The position numbers and the translations under genes were made by a program. From Candidatus Bathyarchaeia archaeon (GTDB lineage: Archaea > Thermoproteota > Bathyarchaeia > Bathyarchaeales > Bathycorpusculaceae), in assembly GCA_049521795.1 (NCBI GenBank), contig JBEKOM010000006.1, forward strand, positions 35,663 to 99,662: a stretch of DNA of 64,000 nt, written 5' to 3'. The notes under the pieces were generated by a model, which made no database searches, had not been told where the DNA came from, and worked only from the letters and a program-made list of their open reading frames with translations. Below, in pieces: positions 47,111 to 59,008 of this stretch (position 1 is the first letter of the stretch; the number at the start of each line of letters is the position of its first letter).

Positions 47111-49474
47111 TTAGTCTTCTTTTCCTCTTAGTATTCTGTGGCGAAGAGATAATCGCTCCTGTGTCTGAAGCAGAATACCAGAGATTTCCGCCACTGCTTT
47201 CTCTTTGTCGGCGGAGCGCAGGCGTAACTCATAGTGTACACCGTTTGTCAGGGTCGCTATCATGCCGGTGGTCCAAGAGCCCGTGGTTGATGGTTCGTCG
47301 AAGAAAGACAGCTCTGGGCTCAAAGGCGCGTTCGGTGCTGTGTTAATGACAACAGTCTGTATCCCCTCCTTCTTTATCATTTGCGCGACTGATATTGCGT
47401 CTGTTTGTGCTTCTTTCTCGTAATGGTAGAAAGAGGCGTCGAGAGGGTTGAATTCCCTTGTTTCACCGGTCCGCAGGTCATCTTTAAGGGGTATGTTAGC
47501 TTCGCCGTCAGTGATTATTGTAAGCACCGGAATCGTGGAGATGTTTCTTCGTTCTTCTTCCTTCAAGACTTCGAGTCCTTTCAGCATGCCAGCGGCCAAG
47601 GGTGTTAACCCACTCATCCTTAGCTTCAGCAGTTTGTTGGTCACGAGTCTCAGGTTTGCCGTCGGGTGCTGTGCGACAACTGCTCCCGTGTCTTTGAAGG
47701 CCACTAATCCAACTCTGTCTCGGTAGCGGTAGGCGTCGTTGTGCAGTCTCAGCATGACTTCTTTGATGCTGTCGATTCCCTCGAGCATTGATTCACTGAG
47801 GTCTAAAACGAAGACTATCGTCATCGGCGCTCTGTAGATTCGCAGCTTTTCTTTGACGTCCTCAGGGCGAATCGTGATTGCGATGTTAGAATCGTGTTCT
47901 CTTCCTTCTTGCTTCCTTGCGGCAGACCTGATGGTTGCTGGGAAATGGATGTCCAAGGGTGACCCTTTTGGGGTTTTCCATCCTACCGAGCGCCCCCGAC
48001 GGATTGAAGTCAAAGATTCGACTCTTTTTCCAACAGCCTTCACAGGCTGCTTTGAAGGTTTTTTGCGGTTGGAAAAGAACCTGAATGGGAGAAACCTGCT
48101 CTCTTTGATTCTGTCAAGGAACTGTACGCCACTGACCAGTCGGGCTAAGGACAGTTCGGACTTGTTGATGAATGGTGCATGCTTGCCTCCTTTTTCAGGA
48201 GGAAAGTCTATCAGAAGGTCTCCTTTCTGGGTTTGGTTTTTTCTTGTCCCTTGGTCCGTGGGGGTTTCTCCGTCAAAAATCTTTGCTCTGCCAAATTGCT
48301 TTTCTGTTCCGCTTCGACTTCTCGGTCCGAAAGGCGAGAGAAGTCGCGTCTTCAGGTTCTTGGGTGAAGGCTCTTCGCGGTCGAGAGTCCCGCTCACTTT
48401 TTCCTGCATTCTGCCCTTGTCGCTTCCGGCATCATAGTTCGCCTCCTTGAGTTTCATGGACAGAGCGTTTCTAATCTCTTGAGAAGTTGCAGGCTCCAAG
48501 AATCCTCCTTCTCTGGTCCTGTGATTGAGCGCCAGCTCGGCCGCCTTTGCAACATGTTCAACCGTCACTGCTTTCTTGTTTTCGAACGCAGCCAGGGTTC
48601 TTGCAGTTTTCGCTATAACGATGTCTGGGCGCACACCGTCGACCTTGAGCTCAATGCACGCTCTGCAGATCACTTCGATCAGCCGTTGAGAGAGTTCAAC
48701 CTTGGGCAGGTTCTCCCTAGCTTGAGCTATTCTGGCTTTGAGTTCTTCTTGGGCGGCATTAGCTTTCTTGACGAAGGCTTCGGGATTGGCTTCAAAATCG
48801 ATGTTTCTCTTGACGATTTCGACGCGGTCCATTGCGTAGCCGATGTTGTGAGCTTCTGCCGAAAGTGCGAAGCGGTCAAGCAGCTGTGGTCTGATTTGGC
48901 CCTCTTCAGGGTTCATCGTGCCCACCAGTATGAAACGTGAAGGGTGTTTCAACGAGACTCCTTCGCGCTCCACGATGTTCCATCCGGTTGCTGCAGCATC
49001 TAGGAGATCATCTGCTATGTGGTCTGGCAGCAAGTTCACTTCATCTATGTAGAGTATGTTCTGATTGGCTTCTGCCAAGATTCCGCGTTCAAAAGACTGT
49101 GTTCCAGATTTTATTGCCTTTTCAATGTCGAGGGTTCCCACTACTGCGTCTTCTGTTGCTCCAAGGGGGAGATCCACGACTCGCATCTTCTTTTCTTGCG
49201 ATGGTAATGAACCGGTTCTGAAGTAGTCGGCTCGGCATTTCTCGCACATGTTTGAAGGGTCGTTTGGGTTGCAGTTGAACGGACAATCTTTAACTGTCTT
49301 AATGTTGGGTAGGACATCGGCCAGCGCTCTCACAACGGTGGTTTTCCCCGATCCTTTTGACCCCCTGATCAAAACTCCCCCGATTTTGGGGTTAACGGCG
49401 TTCAGAATGAGTGCAAGCTTTAGATCGTCAAGCGAGACGATAGCAGAAAAAGGGAAAATCGTGGTTTCCGACAT
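47111..49474 (-). CDS. Mg/Co-chelatase ChlI/ChlD-like AAA+ ATPase fused to vWA domain
   Basis: [47 protein letters not shown]. Confidence 0.88.
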   Translation of the reverse strand: MSETTIFPFSAIVSLDDLKLALILNAVNPKIGGVLIRGSKGSGKTTVVRALADVLPNIKTVKDCPFNCNPNDPSNMCEKCRADYFRTGSLPSQEKKMRVVDLPLGATEDAVVGTLDIEKAIKSGTQSFERGILAEANQNILYIDEVNLLPDHIADDLLDAAATGWNIVEREGVSLKHPSRFILVGTMNPEEGQIRPQLLDRFALSAEAHNIGYAMDRVEIVKRNIDFEANPEAFVKKANAAQEELKARIAQARENLPKVELSQRLIEVICRACIELKVDGVRPDIVIAKTARTLAAFENKKAVTVEHVAKAAELALNHRTREGGFLEPATSQEIRNALSMKLKEANYDAGSDKGRMQEKVSGTLDREEPSPKNLKTRLLSPFGPRSRSGTEKQFGRAKIFDGETPTDQGTRKNQTQKGDLLIDFPPEKGGKHAPFINKSELSLARLVSGVQFLDRIKESRFLPFRFFSNRKKPSKQPVKAVGKRVESLTSIRRGRSVGWKTPKGSPLDIHFPATIRSAARKQEGREHDSNIAITIRPEDVKEKLRIYRAPMTIVFVLDLSESMLEGIDSIKEVMLRLHNDAYRYRDRVGLVAFKDTGAVVAQHPTANLRLVTNKLLKLRMSGLTPLAAGMLKGLEVLKEEERRNISTIPVLTIITDGEANIPLKDDLRTGETREFNPLDASFYHYEKEAQTDAISVAQMIKKEGIQTVVINTAPNAPLSPELSFFDEPSTTGSWTTGMIATLTNGVHYELRLRSADKEKAVAEISGILLQTQERLSLRHRILRGKED

Positions 49475-49911
49475 TTTCCCCCTCAAGTTACAAGTTGGAC
49501 GCCCATCTAATGAACTTGTCGAAAGCATCGCTCTTTGCAGAGAGCACGGTGATGCGATCTCTTTTTGGGTTTAGAACTGAAGTTCTATTTTTGCCACATG
49601 CAAATGAATGTAGCCTGCGAAGCGAATGTGACAGAAAGCATGTTGCCCCATCACTGTTTTGTTGCTGCCGCCTACTTTGGATATTCTGGCGATTTTGATC
49701 AATCTTATAATAGTGCTTATTGGGTTCAATGCTTTCAGCCCTATCGCTACAGCCTTTGGCGATATGATTACGGGAATGGGTTTTGGAGACTGAGCTGAAA
49801 ATTAAGCTGTATGTATGTCGGCACTGATAGTGTGATCATTGATTTCCAAGAAAGAGTCATGAGCGCGCTTGAGGCAAGGTTTTTGCCAACACAACAATGC
49901 GAATGCGAGGC

Positions 49912-50250
49912 CTAAATCAATCGGACTTCCGCGCTTGTTGGCAGATTAGTCTGCTTTCGTTTTTTTGCTGCTTGCCAAAGGTTTTGAATTGTTTTTTGAA
50001 AGATCTCCCTTTCCTTGGTGAGGATTTCGACAGAATCTGCGAGTTCCTCCTTTTGAACACGCAATTTGTTCGTTTCTTGTCGAAGCTGCCAGATTCTTCG
50101 TTTGGACGCCTTCGTCTCCTTTCCCAGCTCTGCAACTTCTCTTCGAAGCGTCTCCACCTGGCCAGTTAAGACATTCATGTATGCCTTTAACTCATCGTTC
50201 TGCTTCTGCAACTCATCGCACCTGGACTTCCGAGCTAGACCGAAGACCAT
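49912..50250 (-). CDS. Coiled-coil hypothetical protein
   Basis: Heptad-rich ORF divergent from SRP RNA. Confidence 0.55.
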   Translation of the reverse strand: MVFGLARKSRCDELQKQNDELKAYMNVLTGQVETLRREVAELGKETKASKRRIWQLRQETNKLRVQKEELADSVEILTKEREIFQKTIQNLWQAAKKRKQTNLPTSAEVRLI

Positions 50251-50354
50251 AGCAGGTCCTCCGACACGTAAGCATTGCAGCACAAGATATAAAAATAGCG
50301 GGAGCGGTTTTGGGGGCAAAGTTTTATAGTTCTGAAATGGTTCAGAGTCTTCTT

Positions 50355-50670
50355 GCGGTGGGTCTTAGGCGGGGGGGTAGGGGTCCCCTGTACCGTAAAC
50401 CCTCTATAGGACGGGCCGAAAGCTGGGGCTGAGGCGTTTAAGGCTGCTGAGGCCTTCATCTCCGAAGCGAAGACTATCCGTCCCTTGGGGCTGGCGGTCA
50501 TTAGGCGGCTTCCGTAGGGGAGCTGTCTTTAGTGTTGACCAGGCGAACTTGGCCAGGACCGGGAGGGAGCAACCTAAGTCTGGGCGTTCAGCGCTCAAGG
50601 GGGTGCGGGTACGAGTGTAGGATTTGAGGGTTCAGCGGATTCTGAGCGTCGATCTCCTGTGGCCCACCGC
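50355..50670 (+). ncRNA. ffs: Archaeal SRP RNA (7S)
   Basis: Terminal helix GCGGTGGGTC/GGCCCACCGC, Alu-domain GGGGTCCCCTGTA, helix 8 CCAGGACCGGGAGGGAGCAA; TTTTATA about 27 nt upstream, T-rich tail. Confidence 0.93.
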
Positions 50671-50783
50671 TCTTTTCTGTGAAACGATTCCGACTTTGCA
50701 ATCAATCACACTAGTTTCTTTGGGTCTCTAGAAAATGATAAATGTCGTCAATGTTTATTCTGGTGTTAACTGGAAGCTTAGGC

Positions 50784-51821
50784 ATGCCTTTCAACGAGGT
50801 TCGCAAGGATTATCTGGTTGACCGCTGGGTCGTCATCGCCACTGGACGCGGCCGCAGACCGACCGACTTTGCAAAGCAGCAAACCCGGTCAGCCAAGGTC
50901 GGTGTTTGCCCGATGTGTCCTGGCAACGAGCACATGACTCCACCAGCCTTTCTGGTTTACCTCAAGTCAGGCAGCGGTATAAAGAAGACTGCGGACAGAG
51001 ATGACCAGAGACAGAAGAACTGGCTGATCCGCGTGATCCCGAACCTTTATCCAGCGTTTTCCCCTCCGCACGACAAGGTCGACTCAAGGCTGATCTGTAA
51101 GAGTCAAAACCTGACCATGGCCGTCGGACATCACGAAGTCCTCGTTGAATCGCCAATTCACGATGAACACCCGGCGAACGCAAGAATCACACAACTAGCA
51201 CTAGTCATTAGCGGTTATGTTGACAGGCTGCGTGAGCTCTCGGCGAAACCTTATGTGCAGTATGTTTCAATCTTTCGCAACCACGGGCTAGAAGCAGGAG
51301 CCTCTCTCTCTCACGCTCACAGTCAGATAATTGCAACCCCGTTTGTGCCAACGATCGTCAAAGAGGAGATTAAAGGGGCAAAGAAATTCTGGAAAGAAAA
51401 CAGGAAGTGCGTGTTCTGCGATATAATTGAGAAAGAAAGCAAAGGGCCAAGACTCGTCTTGGAGAACGCGAAGTTTGCCGTCTTCACGCCCTATGCGAGT
51501 ATAAATCCTATGGAGTTCTGGATGTTCCCGAAAAACCACCAGAGCTCGCTGCTCGACATGCAAAAGGGCGAAGTGAAAACGTTTGCAGAGACATTAAAGG
51601 AGTGCCTTGGCAGGCTTAAATGCCTAGTGAATGATCCTCCGTACAATTTTGGTTTCCATCAGACCACGAGCAAGGAAGCGTCTGACCAGTATCATTGGCA
51701 CTTGGAGGTCTACCCCAAGCTGGCAACATGGGCTGGATTCGAAAAAAGCACAGGAGTGTACATAAACACTATGACTCCCGAAACAGCCGCAGAAAGCATG
51801 AGAGAAGCCTCTTCACACTGA
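50784..51821 (+). CDS. galT: Galactose-1-phosphate uridylyltransferase
   Basis: R.RRP, CPMCPGNE, PNLYPA, GASLSHAHSQ, HWHLE. Confidence 0.9.
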   Translation: MPFNEVRKDYLVDRWVVIATGRGRRPTDFAKQQTRSAKVGVCPMCPGNEHMTPPAFLVYLKSGSGIKKTADRDDQRQKNWLIRVIPNLYPAFSPPHDKVDSRLICKSQNLTMAVGHHEVLVESPIHDEHPANARITQLALVISGYVDRLRELSAKPYVQYVSIFRNHGLEAGASLSHAHSQIIATPFVPTIVKEEIKGAKKFWKENRKCVFCDIIEKESKGPRLVLENAKFAVFTPYASINPMEFWMFPKNHQSSLLDMQKGEVKTFAETLKECLGRLKCLVNDPPYNFGFHQTTSKEASDQYHWHLEVYPKLATWAGFEKSTGVYINTMTPETAAESMREASSH

Positions 51822-53894
51822 AGTCTGTAAGACCCTCTTCTCGTATTCCGGCCTGACTTGCAGGAAATCTTCTACATAAGCTCTGAATGGTTCTGCCACG
51901 CTCCACGCTTGAGCGATGCATCCTCTAGGCGTGTACGGCGGTTCCCCATCAAAGATTTCTCCGAGGGTTCCAAGCCCTGCCTCAAAAACCTTCTGTGTGA
52001 ACAGCGGTTTCAGAAAGTTTTGGAACGCGTATTCGCGCTGCAGTTCTGCACATCCGTTGACCTTAAGAAAAGCTGTGGTTAGCGGGCCCAGGAGCCAGGG
52101 CCAAACCGTGCCGTTGTGGTATGCTCTGTCTCTGCTTGCTCTGTCACCCGAGTAGACTCCAACGTAGCGCTGGTCATTCCTTGCAAGAGTTCTCAAACCG
52201 CAGGGAGTTAGAAGCTCATTGAGAACAACGTCAACGACCCTCTGGTTCTTAGCATCGTCAAGCATTGTGAAATCCAATGCGACGGCAATGATCTGGTTGG
52301 GCCTCAGAGAAGCGTCTAGTTCATGCTCATCAACCACATCGTACAAACAGCTTCTTTCCAAATTCCAGAATTTGCTAACGAAACTCTTCTGGGCCGCTTC
52401 AGCCATTTGCAGGTATTCTTCAGCTCTGCTACTCTCGCCGAACCTGGTTGCCAGCGACTCCATGGTCTTCAGGGAATTATACCACAAGGCTTGTACTTCA
52501 ACGGCCTTTCCAGGCCTAGGCGTCACTGGCTCATCGTTAACCGCCGCGTCCATCCAAGTCAACTGTGGACCGTGGCGGAGCAAGCCATCAGCATCTACAT
52601 GAATGCCGAATAGAGTTCCCTCAACATGGTTTTCGACGAAGGCCTTCAATGCTTGCCAGAGGTACTGTTTAACAAATCTGAAATCGCCGGTGTACTTAGA
52701 ATATTGTAACACTGCGTTTATGTACCAAAGTGTAGCGTCAACCGTGTTGTAAGCTGGCGGTCCAACTTCGTCTGAAAGGAAGTTCGGAATCAGCCCCCTA
52801 TCGCAGTGTTTTGCAAACCCGAGGAAAACTGCTCTCGCTTCCTCAAACCTCCCCGTGACAAGCATCAATCCAGGCAGGGAAACAAACGTGTCCCTCCCCC
52901 ATGCACTGAACCAATGATAGCCCGCGATCACGGATCTCTGCGTGTCGTCCATACCTTTCGTTATGAATGCCCCACTCGCTAGGACAAGCCAGTTTAGCCA
53001 ATTACTTGCAGAGCTGATTTCATGGGAACCGTAGAATCTTGTTATTGCATCCTCACGAGTTCCCGTTTCTTTTTCGAACAAGGCCCTGAGGTCACTGACT
53101 GTCAAAGGGATTTCTTTCAAAGCTTTTCCTGCCCGATCTTCATCTTCGTCTGCGACCGCAACAATTGCAAAGTCCTTGGTCCCGCCCGCGCTTACGTTTG
53201 TTTCGAAGTATCCAGGTTGGTAACAATCGTCGAGGCAGCTTTCTCCACGACTTGCTTCTTCACGAAGGTACAGTCTTTCAACCCATTTGCCCGCATCAAA
53301 GTACCCTCCGTCTGTTGCCCTCAATAGAAGGGTTGCCTTAGGATTCTTGAAACTCAATTTGACCACATTGCATTCCTGCTCTTTGCTGAAATCGGAAGCC
53401 TTCGATCTATCCGTAACTGAGTGAAAAAGTCGCCAGTTGACCAGTGGCGACAGGCGCATTTTGGCTTCACAACTACCCTTGTTTGAAACACTGTAAACTG
53501 CTATCACACAGTTCTTTTCGTAGGGCATGAGGATTGCTTTTTGAACGATCACGTTGTGTGCGACGTAAACGTACTTTGGGAATGGCGAAATAGAGAATTC
53601 TTGCAGAAAATCAAATCCCCGAGGCAGAATTCCACTCTGAAATTCGTTGGCACCAAGCGGGTAGGCATCGTCTCCTAAGACTATTTCCTCATCCAGCTTT
53701 GACAAGAACACTCTTCGGTCTCTCGGCGGGTGCACAGCTCCTATCAGCAATCCATGGTATTTCCTCGTGTTTATGCCTAGGACAGTGGAAGACGCGTAGC
53801 CGCCTAAACCGTTTGTTATGAGCCACTCTTTCCGAATCGAGTTCTCAAAGTTGGAAAGAGCTGCTCGGTCAAGGCTTATAGAGGGCAGTCTCAT
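51813..53894 (-). CDS. Glycogen debranching enzyme (amylo-alpha-1,6-glucosidase)
   Basis: EWLITNGLGGYAS, AGYHWFSAWGRD, LTWMD, RPNQ, YHNGTVWPW, QAWSVAE. Confidence 0.93.
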   Translation of the reverse strand: MRLPSISLDRAALSNFENSIRKEWLITNGLGGYASSTVLGINTRKYHGLLIGAVHPPRDRRVFLSKLDEEIVLGDDAYPLGANEFQSGILPRGFDFLQEFSISPFPKYVYVAHNVIVQKAILMPYEKNCVIAVYSVSNKGSCEAKMRLSPLVNWRLFHSVTDRSKASDFSKEQECNVVKLSFKNPKATLLLRATDGGYFDAGKWVERLYLREEASRGESCLDDCYQPGYFETNVSAGGTKDFAIVAVADEDEDRAGKALKEIPLTVSDLRALFEKETGTREDAITRFYGSHEISSASNWLNWLVLASGAFITKGMDDTQRSVIAGYHWFSAWGRDTFVSLPGLMLVTGRFEEARAVFLGFAKHCDRGLIPNFLSDEVGPPAYNTVDATLWYINAVLQYSKYTGDFRFVKQYLWQALKAFVENHVEGTLFGIHVDADGLLRHGPQLTWMDAAVNDEPVTPRPGKAVEVQALWYNSLKTMESLATRFGESSRAEEYLQMAEAAQKSFVSKFWNLERSCLYDVVDEHELDASLRPNQIIAVALDFTMLDDAKNQRVVDVVLNELLTPCGLRTLARNDQRYVGVYSGDRASRDRAYHNGTVWPWLLGPLTTAFLKVNGCAELQREYAFQNFLKPLFTQKVFEAGLGTLGEIFDGEPPYTPRGCIAQAWSVAEPFRAYVEDFLQVRPEYEKRVLQTSV

Positions 53895-54776
53895 CTAGGG
53901 CATCAGCTTGGCGACGTTCTTTTCTCTTGCCACGCCGAAGAAGTCTGCCACGGGAGTGCATTTGGCTCTTAAGAGCAAAAAGTGCGGTTTCTTGAGTTTG
54001 CATTCAGTCAAGGTTTCAGCGTAGCCCATGCCTTTGGCAAAGACGATGTCAACTGAATCGTACGCGCTGAGAAACTCTGCCGAAACCTCTTTCACTGCCA
54101 GTCCCACAGAATCTGTTCCCGTAGTTATCACCCTGTCAGCGACTTTGTTCATTCCAGAAGCCTCAGCATCCTCCAGAGTCGCATCGTTGATAACCGGCAG
54201 ACCTTTGACGGCGACTGTCACTGTTAAACCCATGTTTTTCAACTGCTCAACAAGCAGCGTGTCAAAGACGATTTCGCCAGCGTTGTCCGTTAAGTAGAGA
54301 ATCGTACGAGCCTTCTTTGCCAGCTCGTAAGCGTTGTTGATGTCATCGATAGCCAGGTCCTTTGACGCCTCTCTGAAATTCTTCTTCAGACTGCTGAACG
54401 ACGCCTTGTGACCTGGAATGTCGAATTCAATAATGTTGCCAACGATGGCACACAGGCAGGCTCTCTTAAACCGGTCCTCTTGCGCGTAACCTTCTTCGAC
54501 CAGTTTTCTCGCGTAGGACAAGAGTTTCAGAGCCTTCTCATTGCTTATCCTCTTGCTTCTCTTGTACGGATCATTGTTGCCGGTGACCCTTCTTATCACC
54601 CGGTCTCTCTTTGTGCCCAATTCTGCGGGAACAGCCGTCGGTCTAAACTCCTTAGTCAGCAACCGCATCAGGTCGCTCATCGCTCTGAAACGCAACGCAG
54701 GGTTCGTTGTGGCCTCCCTAGCCTCTGCTGCGCCCCTGCTAACGATGCACGCTGCACATTCAGCCTCGACCTTCAA
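53895..54776 (-). CDS. ARMT1/DUF89 damage-control phosphatase
   Basis: ECAAC, DPY, GNIIEF, DNAGE, NDAT, KGMGYAE. Confidence 0.9.
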   Translation of the reverse strand: MKVEAECAACIVSRGAAEAREATTNPALRFRAMSDLMRLLTKEFRPTAVPAELGTKRDRVIRRVTGNNDPYKRSKRISNEKALKLLSYARKLVEEGYAQEDRFKRACLCAIVGNIIEFDIPGHKASFSSLKKNFREASKDLAIDDINNAYELAKKARTILYLTDNAGEIVFDTLLVEQLKNMGLTVTVAVKGLPVINDATLEDAEASGMNKVADRVITTGTDSVGLAVKEVSAEFLSAYDSVDIVFAKGMGYAETLTECKLKKPHFLLLRAKCTPVADFFGVAREKNVAKLMP

Positions 54777-54792
54777 ATTTTCCCAGACTCAC

Positions 54793-55515
<723 letters not shown>

Positions 55516-55572
55516 TTAATATCGTTTTGGAATAGAAAAAGTGTTTATGGATCTTGTTATGCCAGCGCAGTA

Positions 55573-56151
55573 TCAACTTGTGCTCTTTTTCGATGGTCGC
55601 TCATCCGTTCCTCTAGCGAAGACCGCTGCTGCGATGGCCGTCGTCCATAAGCCGCCTTTGTCTCCAGTTGCAGACTGTGTCACGTTTGTCGTCTTGATAA
55701 TCATGCCGCTGGTTTTGAAAAGCTGTTCTTTTTCGTGCCAATCGGTTTCTGGGTCAAACTGGATTCCCATGGTTGTGGCAAGCATCGTTGCAGCAAGGTC
55801 TTCTGAGTAGTCTCCAGCCTTGTCGTCAGGTTGCCCGAAAGAGTGGTGTTCTGAAAGGTAACCGTAGTTGTGCTTGCCCGATGGAATGGCGACGCCTATG
55901 GATGATGCGATCAGCCTGTGCGGTTCATTCGTCGAGTTTCTGGCAAGGACAATGAAAGTTATCTCTCCAGGTTTTATCATCTCTAGGCCCCGCTCTCTTG
56001 AAATCATCTTGCAGCCTGGCGGTATGATGCTTGAGACACTAACTATGTTGCAATGCTGTATTCCTGCGTCCCTCAGGGCCAACTCAAAAGACTGCAGTTG
56101 TTCCTTGTGTTTTCCAGTGCCCTTTGTTAGGAAGAAATATCTCGGGATCAT
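55573..56151 (-). CDS. pdaD: Pyruvoyl-dependent arginine decarboxylase
   Basis: [22 protein letters not shown] cleavage site, YGYLSEHH. Confidence 0.92.
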   Translation of the reverse strand: MIPRYFFLTKGTGKHKEQLQSFELALRDAGIQHCNIVSVSSIIPPGCKMISRERGLEMIKPGEITFIVLARNSTNEPHRLIASSIGVAIPSGKHNYGYLSEHHSFGQPDDKAGDYSEDLAATMLATTMGIQFDPETDWHEKEQLFKTSGMIIKTTNVTQSATGDKGGLWTTAIAAAVFARGTDERPSKKSTS

Positions 56152-56267
56152 TTCGCGAATAGATTGACCTGTCTCCTTATTAGTCTTTTGTTTTTCCAAG
56201 AGCACTTTCGTTTTGTTAGGGAAAAGGATAACAGAGCTTTGCGCTTAGTAGTTTTGAGGAAGACTAT

Positions 56268-57458
56268 TTGTCGCAGGGCCGAAGCGTGTTCAGGGACGAA
56301 ACAAAACTCGACATCAACTACGTTCCCCGAAGGCTCCCTCACAGGGAACATGAACTAGGTCTGCTTAGAGGATTCCTCGATTTTGCCTTGCAGTCTCCAG
56401 GAAAAATGGCCCAGAGAGTTATGATAACTGGAGATGTGGGAACCGGCAAGACGGCGCTTTCCCAGCGCTTCGGAACTGACATCGTTCACGAAGCCAGCAC
56501 GCGTGGAACAAACCTGCGCTACGTTCACGTTAATTGCCGAGAATATGGCGGAAGCCTTTTCCTCATCCTTCAGCACGTAGTCTCGATTTTTCATCCAAAC
56601 TTTCCAAAGCGTGGCTACTCGGCTGAAGAACTTCTGCGTACGCTTATGCAGATTCTGGACGAAGAAAATGCTTTCATAATCCTGAGCTTGGACGAGTTTG
56701 AAAGCCTCGTTAAGAGAGAAGGCTCTGAAGCTGTATACAAGCTTACGCGACTCCAGGAGACGAGGCAAAACAAGCCTCAACGACTGTCGCTCGTGTGCAT
56801 TCTGCGAAATTTGGACGCGGTTAAACAGCTAGATGCCAGCACAAGAAGCACGCTGCAGTCCAACATCATAAGCCTTGACCGATACGCAAAACAGCAGCTC
56901 GTCGACATTCTGAATGACAGGGTTTCCCTGGCCTTCGAGCCTCTGGCCGTGCCCGAAGGAACCGTGACGCTTATTGCCGAGCTTGCTTTTTCCGAGAGTG
57001 GGAATGCCCGTTTTGGGATTGAGCTGCTCTGGCGCGCTGGAAAATACGCAGACGCTGAGGGCTTTGACATCGTAACACCAGAATGTGTGCGAGAAGCTGT
57101 TTCAAGCATATTCCCAGCTATGCGGCGAGGCGACCTTGCCACTCTCAGCCTGCACGAGAAACTCTTCCTGCTGGCTATAGCCAGAATCTTCAAGGAAAAC
57201 CAGAAGGCCAGCGTATCGCTCTCTGAGGCGGAGCAAACGTATGCCGTTGTATGTGAAGAATTTGACGCGTCGCCAATCAGCCACACGCAGTTGTGGAAAT
57301 ACCTTAAGAACTTTTCAAACCTCGGCATAGTTGAAACACAGGTCTCTGGGACAGGCAGTCGCGGCAGGTCAACAACCATTTCTTTGCCCAGAATCCCTGC
57401 GCGCGAACTGGAGAAAGAGTTAGGAAGCTTTTTCGAAAAGAGGCTTGAGAAGTCATGA
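56268..57458 (+). CDS. cdc6: Orc1/Cdc6 replication initiator
   Basis: YVPRRLPHRE, GDVGTGKT, LDEFE, GNARFGI, C-terminal wHTH with GSRGRST. Confidence 0.93.
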   Translation: MSQGRSVFRDETKLDINYVPRRLPHREHELGLLRGFLDFALQSPGKMAQRVMITGDVGTGKTALSQRFGTDIVHEASTRGTNLRYVHVNCREYGGSLFLILQHVVSIFHPNFPKRGYSAEELLRTLMQILDEENAFIILSLDEFESLVKREGSEAVYKLTRLQETRQNKPQRLSLVCILRNLDAVKQLDASTRSTLQSNIISLDRYAKQQLVDILNDRVSLAFEPLAVPEGTVTLIAELAFSESGNARFGIELLWRAGKYADAEGFDIVTPECVREAVSSIFPAMRRGDLATLSLHEKLFLLAIARIFKENQKASVSLSEAEQTYAVVCEEFDASPISHTQLWKYLKNFSNLGIVETQVSGTGSRGRSTTISLPRIPARELEKELGSFFEKRLEKS

Positions 57459-57727
57459 ACGTAGAAGACGTTTTCTCTTCGAGGCTTCGCATGAAAATCT
57501 TAAAGATTCTGTTCAACGTCGGCGAGCTTAACGTTTCCGAAATTGCTCGCAAGCTAAAGATCAACTACATTTCGGCAAACAAACACCTGAAGATCTTGGA
57601 AGACGAAGGCATCTTGCAACGGAAGATGTTTGGCAGAATCCGGCTTTACAGAGTCAACGAGCAATCACCCAAGACTAAAGCGTTGCAAAACCTCTTTGAC
57701 GCTTGGGAACACCAAAACAAAAAATAG
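57455..57727 (+). CDS. ArsR-like winged-helix regulator
   Basis: FSSRLRMKIL..ELNVSEIARKL..HLKILE. Confidence 0.85.
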   Translation: MNVEDVFSSRLRMKILKILFNVGELNVSEIARKLKINYISANKHLKILEDEGILQRKMFGRIRLYRVNEQSPKTKALQNLFDAWEHQNKK

Positions 57728-57761
57728 AACCCCAAACAGAACAATAGGGAGGCAGTCTAGA

Positions 57762-58202
57762 ATGTCGATGGTTGACGTGTCTGATAAGCCGGAAATTCTT
57801 CGCGAAGCAACAGCAACGGGAACTGTTAAGCTGAAAAACGAGACTGTACGGCTAATCAGAGAAGGAAAAGTTGCAAAGGGAGACCCGTTTCACACCGCCA
57901 AGATTGCCGGAATCCTAGCAGCCAAGAAAACCAGCACCCTGATTCCTCTGTGCCACAATTTGCCTCTAACCAGCGTTGAAATCGACGTGAAAATTGAGGG
58001 CAAAACAAGAGTCAAAGTCACTGCAACCGTTAAGGCGAAAGCCTCAACGGGAGTTGAAATGGAAGCCTTGGCAGCCACTGCCACGAGTCTTCTCACGATA
58101 TGGGACATGGTAAAACAGTACGAGAAGGATGCCCAGGGTCAATATCCGTCAACAACCATAGAAAACATTCATGTCGTGAAAAAAGTGAAGAAAACCAGTT
58201 AA
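57762..58202 (+). CDS. moaC: Cyclic pyranopterin monophosphate synthase
   Basis: MVDVSDK, KGD, LIPLCH, TGVEMEAL, IWDMVK. Confidence 0.95.
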   Translation: MSMVDVSDKPEILREATATGTVKLKNETVRLIREGKVAKGDPFHTAKIAGILAAKKTSTLIPLCHNLPLTSVEIDVKIEGKTRVKVTATVKAKASTGVEMEALAATATSLLTIWDMVKQYEKDAQGQYPSTTIENIHVVKKVKKTS

Positions 58203-58217
58203 GAGAAGGTATCAGAA

Positions 58218-58748
58218 ATGAGCAAAAGTGCAAAGAAGCACAAGACTGAGGCACCTGCAAGACTGAAATTTGGCATTTTCACCTGCAGCACGTCGCGGTA
58301 TCTCCAATCGAAGAAAGGAGAAGAGTTTAAAGATGTTTCAGGAGACTTGATTGAGAAATTGTTGAGAAATGCAGGGCACAAAGTGACTTTGAGAAAGCTG
58401 ATTTCGGACGACAGAGTCCTGATTAGGCAAAGTGTGAAATGTGCACTGGCCTCGCCTGACCTGGACGCTGCGGTGTTCTGCGGCGGCACAGGGATCGCTC
58501 CATCAGACGTAACAATTGAGACAGTCTCGCCTCTTCTGGAAAAAACGCTTCCAGGATTCGGCGAGATATTCAGACGCCTGAGCTTTGACGAAATCGGATC
58601 CGCGGCAGTACTGTCTAGGGCAACCGCTGGAGTGGCCAAAGGCAAAGCCCTTTTCTGTATTCCTGGCTCACCGGACGCTGTGAGACTCTGCGTGGAGAAA
58701 CTGATCCTGCCTGAGACACCGCATGTAGTGAAGCATGCACGCGAGTAG
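58218..58748 (+). CDS. moaB: Molybdopterin adenylyltransferase MoaB/MogA
   Basis: GGTGIAPSDVT, PGFGE, LSRATAG, PGSP. Confidence 0.9.
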   Translation: MSKSAKKHKTEAPARLKFGIFTCSTSRYLQSKKGEEFKDVSGDLIEKLLRNAGHKVTLRKLISDDRVLIRQSVKCALASPDLDAAVFCGGTGIAPSDVTIETVSPLLEKTLPGFGEIFRRLSFDEIGSAAVLSRATAGVAKGKALFCIPGSPDAVRLCVEKLILPETPHVVKHARE

Positions 58749-59008
58749 AGTCCTAAAGATTCGGTTTGCTCGCAATCACATGCGAGATCACGGCTAGTAT
58801 GAATGCGGCGCCATGTCTCTGATGGTTTCAACGTCCATGTATGGTGAGAACGAACGCACAAAAGCCCCTATTTAATGGAACCACCAATTGCATGATCGGC
58901 TTGCAAACACTTAGCCTTGTCGATTCATGTTGAAAAGACGCGAGCCCCACAAGCAAGTCTTATATGATGGCCAGTCACTGTCATCGTTAGGCACGCACGG
59001 GAATAACG

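Noticed and set aside
50355-50670. RNase P RNA as the identity of the GC-rich ncRNA
   Set aside because: Lacks GAGGAAAGTCC and AGAA...GGC P4 motifs; SRP helix 8 and terminal helix fit instead.
56152-56267. Origin of replication next to cdc6
   Set aside because: Short intergenic region with no ORB repeats visible.
58749-59008. Moco riboswitch or sRNA upstream of moaA
   Set aside because: Only weak hairpins; no recognisable consensus.
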